Positions 14,435-25,304 of a DNA stretch of 64,000 bases are shown here, one piece after another. The stretch is from an uncultured delta proteobacterium. Lineage in GTDB: Bacteria > Desulfobacterota > Binatia > UBA9968. The notes below the pieces were generated by a model. The model ran no database searches and was not told the origin of the DNA. It was given only the letters and a program-made list of their open reading frames with translations. Position 1 is the stretch's first letter; every line of letters starts with the position of its first letter. Made by a program: the position numbers and the translations under genes. The DNA is taken from NCBI GenBank assembly GCA_963737905.1, contig CAVTUQ010000027.1, positions 75,635 to 139,634 on the forward strand. The letters run 5' to 3'.

Positions 14435-14605
14435 ACGATCCTGCAAGGTATGAATAATTTTGTTTTGGTAGGTTGTCAAGGGAGTAGGGATCTTGCGGGC
14501 AGCGGCCGAACAACGATATCCAGGACCGCAAACCGTGCTATGGCGGATTTATCTGTGTTTCCGGTAGTTTGACGAGGCGCGACGGCGTGCTAAGATCGCT
14601 TATCG

Positions 14606-15766
14606 ATGAGCCATGAATTTGCCATAAAGATCGTGCGCAAGGTTTGTGCGGTTCCACGCGAGACCTGGGATGCTCTGTTGGGCTCTGGATCGCCCTTTAT
14701 GAAATGGGACTGGTTGGACAGCTTCGAGCAAACCGGTTGCGTCAACGAAGAGACCGGCTGGCTGCCGCACCATTTGGTAGTTGAGAAGGGCGGCAAGATT
14801 GTCGCTGTCTGCCCGTTGTATCTCAAACTGCACAGCATGGGAGAATTTATTTTTGACTGGGAATGGGCGGAGGCGGCCCACCGCGTCGGTATCCAATACT
14901 ATCCCAAGATGTTGGTGGGCGTGCCGTTCACGCCCGTCACCGGCCCGCGCTTTCTCACGGCGCAGGATGAAGACCGGAAGTCTCTGATCCGCCTCATGGG
15001 TCAAGCGCTCGCAAAGGTGGCCGCGGACAACAAGATATCTTCAGTTCATGTGAACTTTTGCTTGGTCGAGGAGAGGGAGGCTCTGGAAGAGGTCGGGTTT
15101 TTTGCCAGAGCCGGTCTTCAATTTCACTGGCAGAATCAGAATTTTCACACATTCGACGACTATCTAGGTAGTTTCCGCAGTGATCGTCGTAATAAAATTA
15201 AACGGGAGCGACGGGAAGTCGCTCAACGAGGAATCACCATCCGGGCCTTCGAAGGGGACGATCTCACGCGAACCCAAATGCGCACTATGTTTCGCCTCTA
15301 CAAAGGCCATGTCGATCGCCACTACTACGGCCGCCAATATCTCACGGCGGAGTTTTTTGATGAGATTCACCGCCGGTTTGCGACGCATGTTTGTCTGATG
15401 CTGGCGGAGCGAGATGGAAAAGTCATCGCCGGGACGTTCAACGTGCGTGACGACACCGCGATGTATGGCCGCTATTGGGGCGCCTTCGAAGAGCAACCTT
15501 TTTTGCATTTCAACGTCTGCTATTATTCCGCCATCGAACATTGCGTACGGTTGGGCTTGGAGCGTTTCGAAGCCGGCGCCGGCGGCAGCTTCAAGCAGCT
15601 TCGGGGACTGGACCCGGCACCGACTGGCAGCGTCCACTACATCGTCGAGGGAAAGTTCCGGCGCGCGGTGGAGCGATTCCTACAACAGGAACGGGAGCTG
15701 ATCCGTCAGAAGCAGGACATGCTGCTGGACGGAAGCCAGCTAAAACGCACCATTCAGGAACCCTAG
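14606..15766 (+). CDS. GNAT/FemAB-like protein (DUF482)
   Basis: HSMGEFIFDWEWA, YYPKMLVGVPFTPVTG, YGRYWG, LHFNVCYY, FEAGAGG. Confidence 0.88.
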   Translation: MSHEFAIKIVRKVCAVPRETWDALLGSGSPFMKWDWLDSFEQTGCVNEETGWLPHHLVVEKGGKIVAVCPLYLKLHSMGEFIFDWEWAEAAHRVGIQYYPKMLVGVPFTPVTGPRFLTAQDEDRKSLIRLMGQALAKVAADNKISSVHVNFCLVEEREALEEVGFFARAGLQFHWQNQNFHTFDDYLGSFRSDRRNKIKRERREVAQRGITIRAFEGDDLTRTQMRTMFRLYKGHVDRHYYGRQYLTAEFFDEIHRRFATHVCLMLAERDGKVIAGTFNVRDDTAMYGRYWGAFEEQPFLHFNVCYYSAIEHCVRLGLERFEAGAGGSFKQLRGLDPAPTGSVHYIVEGKFRRAVERFLQQERELIRQKQDMLLDGSQLKRTIQEP

Positions 15767-15774
15767 CCCCGGAT

Positions 15775-15849
15775 GTTCAAGGTTCAACGTTCCAGGTTCA
15801 ATGTTTCAATTCGTTTCGGACTTTGAACATTGAACTTTGAACCTTGAAC
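15775..15849. repeat. Inverted heptamer array (GTTCAAn x4 / nTTGAAC x4) forming a long hairpin
   Basis: gttcaag gttcaac gttccag gttcaat ... tttgaac attgaac tttgaac cttgaac. Confidence 0.85.
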
Positions 15850-15981
15850 TCAAAACCCCACACTCACTACGGAGGGCTCGTTCCTCCAGTGTTGTCACGA
15901 GTGAATAAGCTCTTGCAGCGCTTGCCCCATTCCTTGACAGCTTCATAGCTTTCTTCTAACGTCGCCTGCGGAGTCAAAGTC

Positions 15982-16758
15982 GTGAAACCCGCCGTGAAGA
16001 ACGTTGTCGAGCCGGTGATCTTTTTCGCCGTGCTCTTGATTCTGTGGGAGATCTTGGTCGAGCTGATCAAAGTTCCCTCTTTTATCTTGCCGCCGCCGGG
16101 AGACTTGTGGACGTCCTTCATAAAGAAGCTGCCGATCCTGGGCAATCACTCCCTGATTACATTCGTCGAAGCGGTGGGTGGATTTACTCTCTCTTTGGTT
16201 CTCGGGGTGACATTCGCCATTGCCGTGGTCTACTCGCGCCATCTCCAGAATACGCTTTACCCTCTCATCGTCATTCTCTACGCCATGCCGAAGAGCGCCT
16301 TTGCGCCGCTCATGGTAATCTGGGTGGGTTACGGGCTTACTTCCAAGATTGCGATTGCTTTCCTGGTGGCCTTCTTTCCTATCGTCGTGAATACCGTCGT
16401 GGGACTTAAGGAAGTGGAGCCAGAGCTTCTGGACTTGGCGCGAATCAACCGCGGATCGCAGTTCGATATCTTCAAAAAGATTCGGCTCCCTAATTCGATA
16501 CCCTTCATGTTCGCCGGGATCAAAGTCGCGATCGTTCTTTCCGTCACGGGCGCCATCGTGGCGGAATTTGTTGCCGCCAACGAAGGGCTGGGCTATCTGG
16601 TGCTGCAGGCGAACTATAGCCTGGATACGGCCTTTGCCCTGGTGGTCCTGCTTATTTTGGCCGTTCTGTCATTAGGTCTTTTTTGGTTGGTCGAGATCGT
16701 GCAAAGAAAAATCGCTCCCTGGAGCGCTGAAGTTCGTCAAGTAGAAGGCTCGTTCTAA
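15982..16758 (+). CDS. ABC transporter permease (NitT/TauT/SsuC type)
   Basis: Multiple TM helices; EAA-like motif LDLARINRGSQFDIFKKIRLP; AEFVAANEGLG. Confidence 0.92.
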   Translation: MKPAVKNVVEPVIFFAVLLILWEILVELIKVPSFILPPPGDLWTSFIKKLPILGNHSLITFVEAVGGFTLSLVLGVTFAIAVVYSRHLQNTLYPLIVILYAMPKSAFAPLMVIWVGYGLTSKIAIAFLVAFFPIVVNTVVGLKEVEPELLDLARINRGSQFDIFKKIRLPNSIPFMFAGIKVAIVLSVTGAIVAEFVAANEGLGYLVLQANYSLDTAFALVVLLILAVLSLGLFWLVEIVQRKIAPWSAEVRQVEGSF

Positions 16759-16772
16759 AAATATTACGGAGG

Positions 16773-17801
16773 ATGATGATGGCATTACTGAAGAAGCATT
16801 TTTCCCTCTGGTCTCCGGCGATCATGGCAGCCGTAGTCGTTGCGCTGATTTCTTTTACTTCCGCTGGTTCCAACGCCGCCGAGACCAAATCCGGTACCAT
16901 CCGTCTTGATTTTATCATCGGGGGAAAACATGCCCCCTGGTTCGTGGCCCTGGAAAAGGGCTTTTACGCAAAACGAGGCCTGACAGCGACGATTCAGGCG
17001 GGCAGTGGGTCTGCGGACACAGTGCGGGCCATCGCCGCGGGACTCGCCGACTTCGGATTCGCAGACATCTCGACTGCGATTGTGGCTCGATCGCGCGGAA
17101 CGCCAGTGCAGATAGTGGCACAGTTCGGATATGTTCCCGCGACCATCATGTGGCGCGAGGATACGGCGATCAAAAAGCTGAAAGATCTGGAAGGCAAGTC
17201 TTGGGCGATCAGTCCGGGGCAGGCGCAGTGGTACTTGATGCCGGCCTACTGCCGGATCAACAAGATCGATTTCAAATCCATCAAGATCCAAGAAACCGCG
17301 GCGCCGATTCAACCTGCGGCGCTCGTGGCGAAGAAGACTGATTTTATCGTCATGTACCGCGCCTCAAACGATGAGGTGGCGGAGTTGGCAGCCACCAAAC
17401 AAGGAATGAAATTGAACAGGATCTTCATGAAAGACACGGGGCTCGATATCTATGGTACCGGCTTGATTGTGAAAGATGAGGACGTCAAGCTGCGCCCGCA
17501 GTTGGTCCAGGCGTATGTTGAAGGGACGATGGAGGGACTTCGCTATACGCGAGATCATCAGGAAGAAGCCCTGCAGATCTTGCTCAAACGCAAACCCGAG
17601 CTGGACCTGGCTTTGACGACCCTGCAGCTTAAGAATGCGCTCTACGAGGTGTTCATTCCGCCGGAGTCCGTGCAGTCAGGCCTGGGCTTCATGAAACCAA
17701 ATATTATGGATAAAACGGTTCGCATTACCAACGAGTATTTCGATATGGGGCGAAAGGTGACGGCGGCGGAGGTTTTTACCAACCGATTCGTCAAGCCGTA
17801 A
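16773..17801 (+). CDS. ABC substrate-binding protein, NMT1/THI5 family
   Basis: Signal peptide; HAPWFVALEKGFY..GL; GSGS..V..G.ADFG. Confidence 0.88.
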   Translation: MMMALLKKHFSLWSPAIMAAVVVALISFTSAGSNAAETKSGTIRLDFIIGGKHAPWFVALEKGFYAKRGLTATIQAGSGSADTVRAIAAGLADFGFADISTAIVARSRGTPVQIVAQFGYVPATIMWREDTAIKKLKDLEGKSWAISPGQAQWYLMPAYCRINKIDFKSIKIQETAAPIQPAALVAKKTDFIVMYRASNDEVAELAATKQGMKLNRIFMKDTGLDIYGTGLIVKDEDVKLRPQLVQAYVEGTMEGLRYTRDHQEEALQILLKRKPELDLALTTLQLKNALYEVFIPPESVQSGLGFMKPNIMDKTVRITNEYFDMGRKVTAAEVFTNRFVKP

Positions 17802-17831
17802 ACCGAAAGAGAAGAGTTCCGAGACCTCGAC

Positions 17832-18623
17832 GTGCCGCTCATCGCGCTTCAGAACGTTTCAAGAGTCTTTACGAGCGACACGAAGACCGTTCCTGCCCTC
17901 GAAAAAGTGTCCTTTGAGATCCAGACAGGCGATTTTGTTTCCCTGGTGGGTCCCAGCGGTTGCGGCAAGAGCACGCTGCTCAAAATCGTTTCAGGGCTGC
18001 TTCCGGCTTCCTCCGGAAGCGTTGCCGTAAGTGACAACCCGGTGGATGGGCCGCTGGAAAATGTCGGCATGGTCTTTCAATCGCCGGTCCTCTTAAAGTG
18101 GCGGCCGGTTTTGGGCAACGTTCTTTTACCGGTGGAATTTGCGAAATTGGACGTTTCGAGCCATGTCGAACGTGCTCGCTCGTTACTCAAGTTGGTCGGC
18201 CTGGCGGGGTTCGAAGAGATGTATCCCCATCAGCTTTCCGGCGGCATGCAGCAGCGAGTTTCCCTTTGCCGCGCTTTGGTGACGGACCCGCAACTGCTCC
18301 TCATGGATGAGCCTTTCGGAGCGCTCGACGCCATGACGCGCGACGAGTTGGACATCGAGTTGCTGCGAATCTGGCAAGAGAGAAAGAAGACCGTCCTCTT
18401 CGTGACCCACAGTATTCAGGAAGCGGTGTTTCTCTCAGACCACGTCATCGTGATGTCATCCCGGCCGGGCAGGCTTTTGGCGCAGATCTCGATCAAATTG
18501 CCACGGCCGAGAACGATGGAGATGATGAGCACAACGCAATTTGGTGAATATTCCTTCAAAATACGCAGCCTGCTTCAAGGGGTCGATGGTATTCCTGCCG
18601 CTGTGCCGGGTTCCACCGCGTGA
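17832..18623 (+). CDS. ABC ATP-binding protein (TauB/SsuB type)
   Basis: GPSGCGKST, LSGGMQQR, LLMDEPFGALD, VTHS. Confidence 0.95.
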   Translation: MPLIALQNVSRVFTSDTKTVPALEKVSFEIQTGDFVSLVGPSGCGKSTLLKIVSGLLPASSGSVAVSDNPVDGPLENVGMVFQSPVLLKWRPVLGNVLLPVEFAKLDVSSHVERARSLLKLVGLAGFEEMYPHQLSGGMQQRVSLCRALVTDPQLLLMDEPFGALDAMTRDELDIELLRIWQERKKTVLFVTHSIQEAVFLSDHVIVMSSRPGRLLAQISIKLPRPRTMEMMSTTQFGEYSFKIRSLLQGVDGIPAAVPGSTA

Positions 18624-18700
18624 ATTTGTTTCCTTCGCGGGCTATAATACGGGCAATTTCAATTTCCATTCACTAAGACTCGCAAACATTCACCTTTCGC

Positions 18701-19745
18701 ATGGCACTATCCAGAGAAATGACCTACGCCAAGGCAGGCGTAAATATCGCAGCAGGCGATGAACTGGTGCGCCGCATCGGTCGGATCGCGTCGAGAACCA
18801 AGCGATCGGGAGTGCTTGCAGGTGTCGGAGGATTCAGCGCGCTCTTCGATCTAAAAGGGCGAGGCTTTCGCCAGCCGGTGCTGGTTTCTTCCACCGACGG
18901 CGTTGGAACCAAACTCAAAGTGGCATTCATGATGAAGAAACACGATACCGTTGGCATTGATCTTGTGGCCATGGGCGTGAATGATATCATCACTCAAAGC
19001 GCCGAGCCGCTTTTTTTCTTGGACTACTTTGTTTGCGGCAGGCTTGACGTCGATGTCGCTGAAGCTAGTCATCGAGGGCATTGCGGCGGGCTGTCGTCAG
19101 GCAGGCTGTGTATTGATCGGGGGCGAGACTGCTGAGCATCCCGGTGATTTTCCCGGCGGTGAATATGATCTGGCTGGTTTTGTAGTTGGAGTCGTCGAAA
19201 GGAAGAATATTCTTAACCCCAAGTCGATTGTGCCGGGAGATGTTCTGATCGGGCTTCCGTCCAGTGGTCTTCATAGCAACGGTTATTCGTTGGCGCGAAA
19301 GGTCTTGCTTGAGGCGGGTCGGCTGAAACTGCATCAACGGATGCCCGAGCTAGGGAGGAGTTTGGGGGAGGAGTTGTTGGAGCCGACACGGATTTACGTG
19401 AAGATGACTCGGGATCTGTTCGCAAAACATTCGATCAAAGGCGCAGCCCATATCACGGGCGGAGGTATCCCGGGCAACCTGCCGAGGATTTTGCCTGAGG
19501 GCCGTCGAGCCTGGATCAGCCGGCAACGTTGGCCCGTTCCGCCGGTGTTCGATTTGATCCAAAAGATCGGCCGCGTTTCACGAGACGAGATGGACCGGAC
19601 CTTCAATAACGGCCTGGGCATGATCCTGGTTGTCGGCAGGCAGCAGGTGGACGGTGTTATCTCGATGCTTAAGAAAATGCGCGAGCGGCACTTTATAGTT
19701 GGAGAGATCAAAAAAGGCAGCCGGGGGGTTACTTTTGTTTCCTGA
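18701..19745 (+). CDS. purM: Phosphoribosylformylglycinamidine cyclo-ligase; one frameshift near 19065-19070 (probable assembly indel)
   Basis: YAKAGV, TDGVGTK, GIDLVAM.VND, PLFFLDY in the first ORF; [28 protein letters not shown] in the second. Confidence 0.93.
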
Positions 19746-19755
19746 GGGACAAGCC

Positions 19756-20418
19756 ATGCGAAGACCAGCTCCCATCGGGGTATTGATTTCCGGCAGCGGC
19801 ACCAATCTTCAATCCATCATCGATGCCATCGAGGCGAAAGAGCTGGACGCGAAAATCCAGGTCGTGCTCAGCAACCGCGCCGATGCCTACGGTCTCGTGC
19901 GAGCCAAAAAACACGGGATTCCAATCGAGGTTCTGGATCACAAGAGGTTTCCTAGCCGAGAGGCTTTTGATCAGGCGGTGGTCGATATTTTGCGGGACCA
20001 CGAAGTGGAACTGGTTGTGCTTGCTGGTTTTATGCGGCTCCTGTCCCCCGTATTCGTGGGCGCTTATTCCAACCGCATCATGAACATTCACCCGGCAGTG
20101 CTTCCCGCGTTTCCCGGACTTCATGCGCAGAAAAAAGCCGTGGAGCACGGCGTGCGATTTTCCGGCTGTACGGTTCACTTTGTCAACGAAGAGTGCGATG
20201 AGGGTCCCATCATCATTCAAGCCGTGGTACCGGTGTTTGCGGAGGATACGGAGGAGTCCCTTGCCTCTCGCATCCTGGAGCAAGAACATCGTATCTATCC
20301 CCGCGCGATCCAACTTTACAGTGAGGGCCGATTACGCATCGAAGGGCGAAAGGTCTTTGTCGAAGGTATCGCCAGGGAAGAAAACCAGGTGCTTGTCCTG
20401 CCGCCGTTAAAGAGATGA
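19756..20418 (+). CDS. purN: Phosphoribosylglycinamide formyltransferase
   Basis: VLISGSGTNLQ, LAGFMRLL, NIHPAVLPAFPG, GCTVHFV, DEGPII. Confidence 0.97.
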   Translation: MRRPAPIGVLISGSGTNLQSIIDAIEAKELDAKIQVVLSNRADAYGLVRAKKHGIPIEVLDHKRFPSREAFDQAVVDILRDHEVELVVLAGFMRLLSPVFVGAYSNRIMNIHPAVLPAFPGLHAQKKAVEHGVRFSGCTVHFVNEECDEGPIIIQAVVPVFAEDTEESLASRILEQEHRIYPRAIQLYSEGRLRIEGRKVFVEGIAREENQVLVLPPLKR

Positions 20419-21396
20419 AGAAAACCAAGCCGGTGCTTATGTTTCTCATGAAGCTCCTGGTCAGCACCGGGCTGATCGTCTTTTTTCTCACGCAGATTCA
20501 TATCGAGCGGTTCCTTGGAACGTTGCTGTCAGCCAGGTTTTCCTACATTGCGCTAGCGCTGGTTGTCTATCTTCTCTCCCAGATCTTAAGCGCCGGGAGA
20601 TGGATGGTTTTAGCCCGTCCTCTGGGCTTCGAGGAACCGTTCGGAGAGATCGTTGTTTATTATCTCATCGGGATGTTTTTCAATTTATTTGCGCCGGGAA
20701 CCGTGGGCGGGGATGTCAGCCGCGTTTACTATCTGGCGCGCAATGACAAAACTCATGGGGAAAAGGGGGGCTGGGCGGTCTCGACCGTTCCCGCCGCCGT
20801 TTCCGTGTTCATGGATCGCGCCGTGGGAATGACCGCGCTTGTCTGGCTCGGTGCCATTGGACTTGTAATGTTCCCCGAGTATCCTGTGCCGGCGCCCATA
20901 CGCTCCCTGACCTTTGCCCTCGCCGTAGGATTGGTTGTCGCCGCGGCTCTCGTGCCCTTGTTTCGGCGCTTTCTTCCGGAGGACGGTCATCCGGTCGTGG
21001 TGAAATTGAGATTTGCCTTGAGAGCCTATCGCACCCAGCGGAGCGTTATTCCCAAGGCGATCGTCTTTTCGTTTCTCCTGCATTTGATTCAGGCCTGGAT
21101 CCATATGCTATTGGGATGGGCTACTTCAGATCGACATTCCTTTTTCTTACTGTATTATCCTTTATCCGTTGGTTGGCACATTTGCGGCAATTCCGATCAG
21201 TCTCAACGGCATCGGCCTGCGCGAGGGGGGATACCTTTTCTTGCTCGGTCTTATCGGGATCAATGCCGAGAAGGGTGTCGCGTTCGGGTTGCTGCTGTTT
21301 CTGATTGTTGCCGTTGATAGCTTGATCGGCGGCCTTTTGTTCTTAATGAAGAAGAGTTCTAAACCGGTCGATGATGTTTTAGCGAAGTCAATTTAG
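20415..21396 (+). CDS. Lysylphosphatidylglycerol synthase TM/flippase-like membrane protein; frameshift near 21120-21150
   Basis: RW..L, GMFFN.FAPGTVGGDV.R, DR..G; C-terminal IPISLNGIGLREG in a second frame. Confidence 0.8.
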
Positions 21397-22745
21397 CTCA
21401 GATAGCCACGGAATAGAGTGGCGAGACCTAAAAACGAAAGAAAGCCGAAGGCATCCGTGAGACCGGTTACGATGATACCGGCTCCCATAGCCGGATCGAA
21501 CTTTAATGCCTTCAAGAGCAGCGGAATGACTGCACCGGAAAAACCCGCCATCAAGCCGAGATTGAGAATCATTGCGCTGGCAAGAACCAATCCGAGATAA
21601 GGATTGCCTTTCCAGAGAAAGGCGGCTACGGCTATCACCCCACCGGCGGCAAGGGCGATACAGATATTGACCAGGACTTGCTTAACGACGGCCTTCCAGG
21701 CAGAAGAAAATTCGAGCTCACCCAGCGCAATCGCGCGAATGATAACCGTGGCCGTCTGAGTGGCGCCGTTCCCGCCGACGCCGGCGATGACGGGCATGAA
21801 GGTGACCAGAGCGATGATCTCGTGCAGGGTCCCTTCGAATAAACCCACCACGGAGGCCGCTAGCGTTGCCGTCATCAAATTCAAAATGGTCCAGGGCAAC
21901 CGCATTTTTACCGAGCGGGAGACGGGTGTGAAGACACGATCCTCTTCCGCCAACCCCGCCATCTTGTACATGTCTTCGGTGGCCTCTTTGTCGATAATGT
22001 CGATGACATCATCAACCGTAATAATCCCTTCCAACCGTCCGGATTCATCAACAATGGGCAAGGCGAGCAACTCGTATTTTGAGACCAAGCGCGCGGCTTC
22101 TTCCTGATCCATCATGACGTTGGCTCTTATAGGATCGGCGATCATCATGTCGCCCAGAATGCGATTCGGTGGCGCCACCACCAAATTGCGCAAGGGGACC
22201 ACGCCTACCAGCTTGCCGGATTCGTCAACCACATAGAGATAGAAGAAGGTTTCCAATTCGCCGCGCTGGCGGATCTTATCAATGGCGCCCTGGGCGGTCG
22301 TGTTCGGCAGGAAGGTCATGAAATCCGTGGTCATGATGCGCCCGACGCTTCCTTCCGGATAGCTGATCAACTCGCGGACTTCAGCGCGGCGCTTTGGGTC
22401 CAAAAGCGCGATAATTCGTTCTCGCCGCTCCTCGGGAAGACTGTCGATGAACGTCACCGCGTCGTCCGGATCCGCCCGGGCGATCATCCGGCTCACCTTG
22501 TCATCGTCGAGCAGCGCGAGGATGTCGGGGAGCAGTTCAGGAGGGAGTTCTTTGAGCGCTTTGTCGGCGCGGCGCGCCGAAAGAAGGATATCGAAAAGCT
22601 GCCTGACTTCCGGCGGCTCTAGGTCTTTGAACAACAAGGCGATATCAGCGGGATGGCGCTGGCCAATAAATCTCAAGACACGGTCCGGCGTAGCGGTGCG
22701 GAGCATCTCCCGTACGGTGTCATGATCGATGGGGGCGGGCTTCAT
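21393..22745 (-). CDS. mgtE: Magnesium transporter MgtE
   Basis: HPADIA, CBS pair (YPEGSVGRIMTT, GIITVDDV), GGNGATQ, DPAMGAG..VTGLTD. Confidence 0.96.
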   Translation of the reverse strand: MKPAPIDHDTVREMLRTATPDRVLRFIGQRHPADIALLFKDLEPPEVRQLFDILLSARRADKALKELPPELLPDILALLDDDKVSRMIARADPDDAVTFIDSLPEERRERIIALLDPKRRAEVRELISYPEGSVGRIMTTDFMTFLPNTTAQGAIDKIRQRGELETFFYLYVVDESGKLVGVVPLRNLVVAPPNRILGDMMIADPIRANVMMDQEEAARLVSKYELLALPIVDESGRLEGIITVDDVIDIIDKEATEDMYKMAGLAEEDRVFTPVSRSVKMRLPWTILNLMTATLAASVVGLFEGTLHEIIALVTFMPVIAGVGGNGATQTATVIIRAIALGELEFSSAWKAVVKQVLVNICIALAAGGVIAVAAFLWKGNPYLGLVLASAMILNLGLMAGFSGAVIPLLLKALKFDPAMGAGIIVTGLTDAFGFLSFLGLATLFRGYLS

Positions 22746-22893
22746 GCTGTGGTCTCGGGAATCAAGCTGGTTCTTTCATAACCATTGGTATACGGATTTG
22801 CAAATTTATTATGACGATAGGCCGCTTAAAAGCACAGGGGAAATTTGCTATCTTGCCTTGGCGTGGACGCCTAGAGAGGGAGAAGAAAAACCG

Positions 22894-24333
22894 ATGGCGC
22901 AGAGCCGAAGTTCATGGGTCCTCTTGCACGGTACAACGATCGTATCGTTGCTGTTGGGCGCCCTTTGGGTCATGGGTTTCGGAATACGATGGGCAGAGGC
23001 GGCCAGTCTCGCGGCCTTGGATAATCGTCCGCCGTCATTCTCGGCCATTGCAAAGAAAACCATGCCGGTGGTCGTCAACATCTCGACGACGGCCCAACAC
23101 TCATCCCGCAGCGGCTCCAGTGATCCTATCGACGAGTTTTTTTTGCGATTTTTTGGGGACGCGCAGCCACGGGAAAATAGCCAACGCAGTCTGGGCTCCG
23201 GTATTCTTATAAGTAAAGACGGGGAGATTCTTACCAGCTATCACGTGGTACGAAATGCCGATGCGATCAAAGTGAAACTGGCGGATCAAACGGAGTATGA
23301 AGCGCGACTGATCGGGAAGGACGACCGGACCGATCTGGCCCTCATCAAGATCGGAAAATCCGGCGGTAATCTGCCGTTCGCACGGCTCGGCAGCTCCAGC
23401 CAGTTAGATGTCGGCGACTGGGTCATGGCCATCGGCAACCCCTTCGGTTTGGAACACACGGTGACTGCCGGCATTGTCAGTGCCAAAGGCAGGGTGATTG
23501 GCGCCGGCCCCTATGATAACTTCATCCAAACCGACGCGTCGATCAATCCGGGCAATAGCGGAGGTCCACTGATCAATGCTTCCGGTGAGGTTATCGGAGT
23601 GAATAGCGCTATCTTCAGCCAGACAGGAGGCAATGTCGGCATCGGGTTCGCGATTCCTATCGACCTGGCGAAAAAGGTTATCGATCAGCTAAAAAAGAAC
23701 GGCCGGGTCGTGCGCGGCTGGCTGGGCATCCGTGCCCAGGACGTCTCACCGCAGCTTGCCGCATCGTTAGGGCTCACACGGAATCCGGCAGAAATGGCGG
23801 TGATTACGGAGGTAGGAGAAGGCAGTCCCGCGGCGGACGCCGGTATTAAACCCGGGGATGTGATCCTGGAGTTTAACAGCAAGCCGGTTCCCAAGAGCCA
23901 AGATTTTCCATCTTTGATTGCGGATACGCCGCCGGGACAGAAAGTAACGTTGAAAATTCTTCGTGACAAGAAGGAACAGATCGTTTCGGTAAAGATCGGG
24001 GAATTGCCCGACGAGGGTGACGCTGTTCAAAAGGCAGAGACCAGGGATCCGGAAATCGGAGTTCGGGTCCAGCGCATTACCCCGGAGGCCGCGCGCCGCT
24101 TGGGCCTGAGCTCGACCAAGGGCGTATTGATCGTAGAAGTTCAACCCGGGAGCCCCGCGGATCAGGTGGGACTAGAACCCGCTGATGTCATCCGCGAAGT
24201 CAACCAGCGGCCGGTCAATAATATTAATGATTTCGAACGTGCTGTCCGTCAAGGAAGGCGTGGAGAGCGAACCCTGCTGCTTGTGCAGCGAGGGGACAAC
24301 GCTGTATTCTTTGCGCTCAAGCGTAAAAGTTAG
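22894..24333 (+). CDS. HtrA/DegQ-family serine protease with two PDZ domains
   Basis: SLGSG, TDLAL, IGNPFGL, IQTDASINPGNSGGPL, RGWLG. Confidence 0.95.
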   Translation: MAQSRSSWVLLHGTTIVSLLLGALWVMGFGIRWAEAASLAALDNRPPSFSAIAKKTMPVVVNISTTAQHSSRSGSSDPIDEFFLRFFGDAQPRENSQRSLGSGILISKDGEILTSYHVVRNADAIKVKLADQTEYEARLIGKDDRTDLALIKIGKSGGNLPFARLGSSSQLDVGDWVMAIGNPFGLEHTVTAGIVSAKGRVIGAGPYDNFIQTDASINPGNSGGPLINASGEVIGVNSAIFSQTGGNVGIGFAIPIDLAKKVIDQLKKNGRVVRGWLGIRAQDVSPQLAASLGLTRNPAEMAVITEVGEGSPAADAGIKPGDVILEFNSKPVPKSQDFPSLIADTPPGQKVTLKILRDKKEQIVSVKIGELPDEGDAVQKAETRDPEIGVRVQRITPEAARRLGLSSTKGVLIVEVQPGSPADQVGLEPADVIREVNQRPVNNINDFERAVRQGRRGERTLLLVQRGDNAVFFALKRKS

Positions 24334-24341
24334 GAGGACCT

Positions 24342-24539
24342 ATGTTTGGACTCGGGCTTCAAGAACTGTTGGTGATTCTTGTGATTGCGCTGGTCATATT
24401 CGGACCGAGTAAACTTCCACAGATCGGCAGTGGTCTGGGCAAGGCGATTCGAGACTTCAAAAAAGGCGTGACCGGCGGCGACGACGAGGACCCAGGTAAC
24501 GAGGCTAAGAAAGAGAGTCCCAAAGACTTGCCACGTTAG
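24342..24539 (+). CDS. tatA: Twin-arginine translocase TatA/E subunit
   Basis: MFGLGLQELLVILVIALVIFGPSKLPQIGSGLGKAIRDFKK; AGGAGG RBS. Confidence 0.93.
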   Translation: MFGLGLQELLVILVIALVIFGPSKLPQIGSGLGKAIRDFKKGVTGGDDEDPGNEAKKESPKDLPR

Positions 24540-24630
24540 GGTTCGCCGGACCACTTGCCGCCAACGAAGCCAGCTGGCTTCGGAGCCCGCGCTCCGCTTG
24601 AGAGCACTAGCACTGTTCTATGGGGCTGCT

Positions 24631-25290
24631 CTATAGTTCGCGCGTGGAATAGAAGCCGTTTTTTTGTTTTGTGCCGAGGAGAACCGTGTAGAGCGAGGTC
24701 TTGGAAAGTTTGTAAACCTTCTCCACGGTAAGGTCGGTCATTTCGATAAATGGTTTGAGCCTGAGATCGGTTCGCCAACCTAGCCAGCGGGTGATGGGAT
24801 CCAACGCCTGGGTGAATGATCCCAGCAGCGGAAAATCGCTGGTGAAGTGATTGACGATTACGATTCTTCCCCCGGGTTTACACACCCGCTTCGCCTCTTC
24901 GATCATTCGAATAGGATCGGGCACCACGGTGACGACGTGGAAGGCCATGACGTAATCAAAGCTATTTTCGGGAAACTCCAGGTCGAGCGCATTCATCTCG
25001 ATGACTTTCAAATGCGACCAACCGTTCTCGCGAATTTTTCGACGCGCCCGGGCCAACATGTCGGGCGCCAGGTCGATGCCCGTGATCTCACAATGGGTTG
25101 GATAGGCGGGAAACGACGTGCCGGTTCCGGCACCGACTTCTAAAACTTTTGCGCCGCAGGGGATCTCAAGATCCTCGATAACGCGTTCCAGTCGGGAGTA
25201 AAAGATCTTACCGAAGACTTTGTCGTAAAGTGGAGCGAAGTCCGAGTACAAGCGACTTTCGTGTGCCTCAATATCACCCATGATCCCCAC
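24631..25290 (-). CDS. SAM-dependent methyltransferase (phospholipid N-methyltransferase PmtA-like)
   Basis: APLYDKVFG, VLEVGAGTG, GIDLAPDML, VVTVVPDP, RVCKPGG.IVIVNHF. Confidence 0.75.
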   Translation of the reverse strand: MGIMGDIEAHESRLYSDFAPLYDKVFGKIFYSRLERVIEDLEIPCGAKVLEVGAGTGTSFPAYPTHCEITGIDLAPDMLARARRKIRENGWSHLKVIEMNALDLEFPENSFDYVMAFHVVTVVPDPIRMIEEAKRVCKPGGRIVIVNHFTSDFPLLGSFTQALDPITRWLGWRTDLRLKPFIEMTDLTVEKVYKLSKTSLYTVLLGTKQKNGFYSTREL

Positions 25291-25304
25291 TCCCCCCCCG
25301 CGCT

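Noticed and set aside
15850-15981. TPP riboswitch upstream of the NMT1/THI5-type ABC operon
   Set aside because: No CTGAGA core or recognisable TPP aptamer
18701-19745. Split purM as programmed frameshift or pseudogene
   Set aside because: No slippery sequence at the break; similar short indels hit rnhB, the aminopeptidase, the glutaredoxin and others, so assembly error is the simplest explanation
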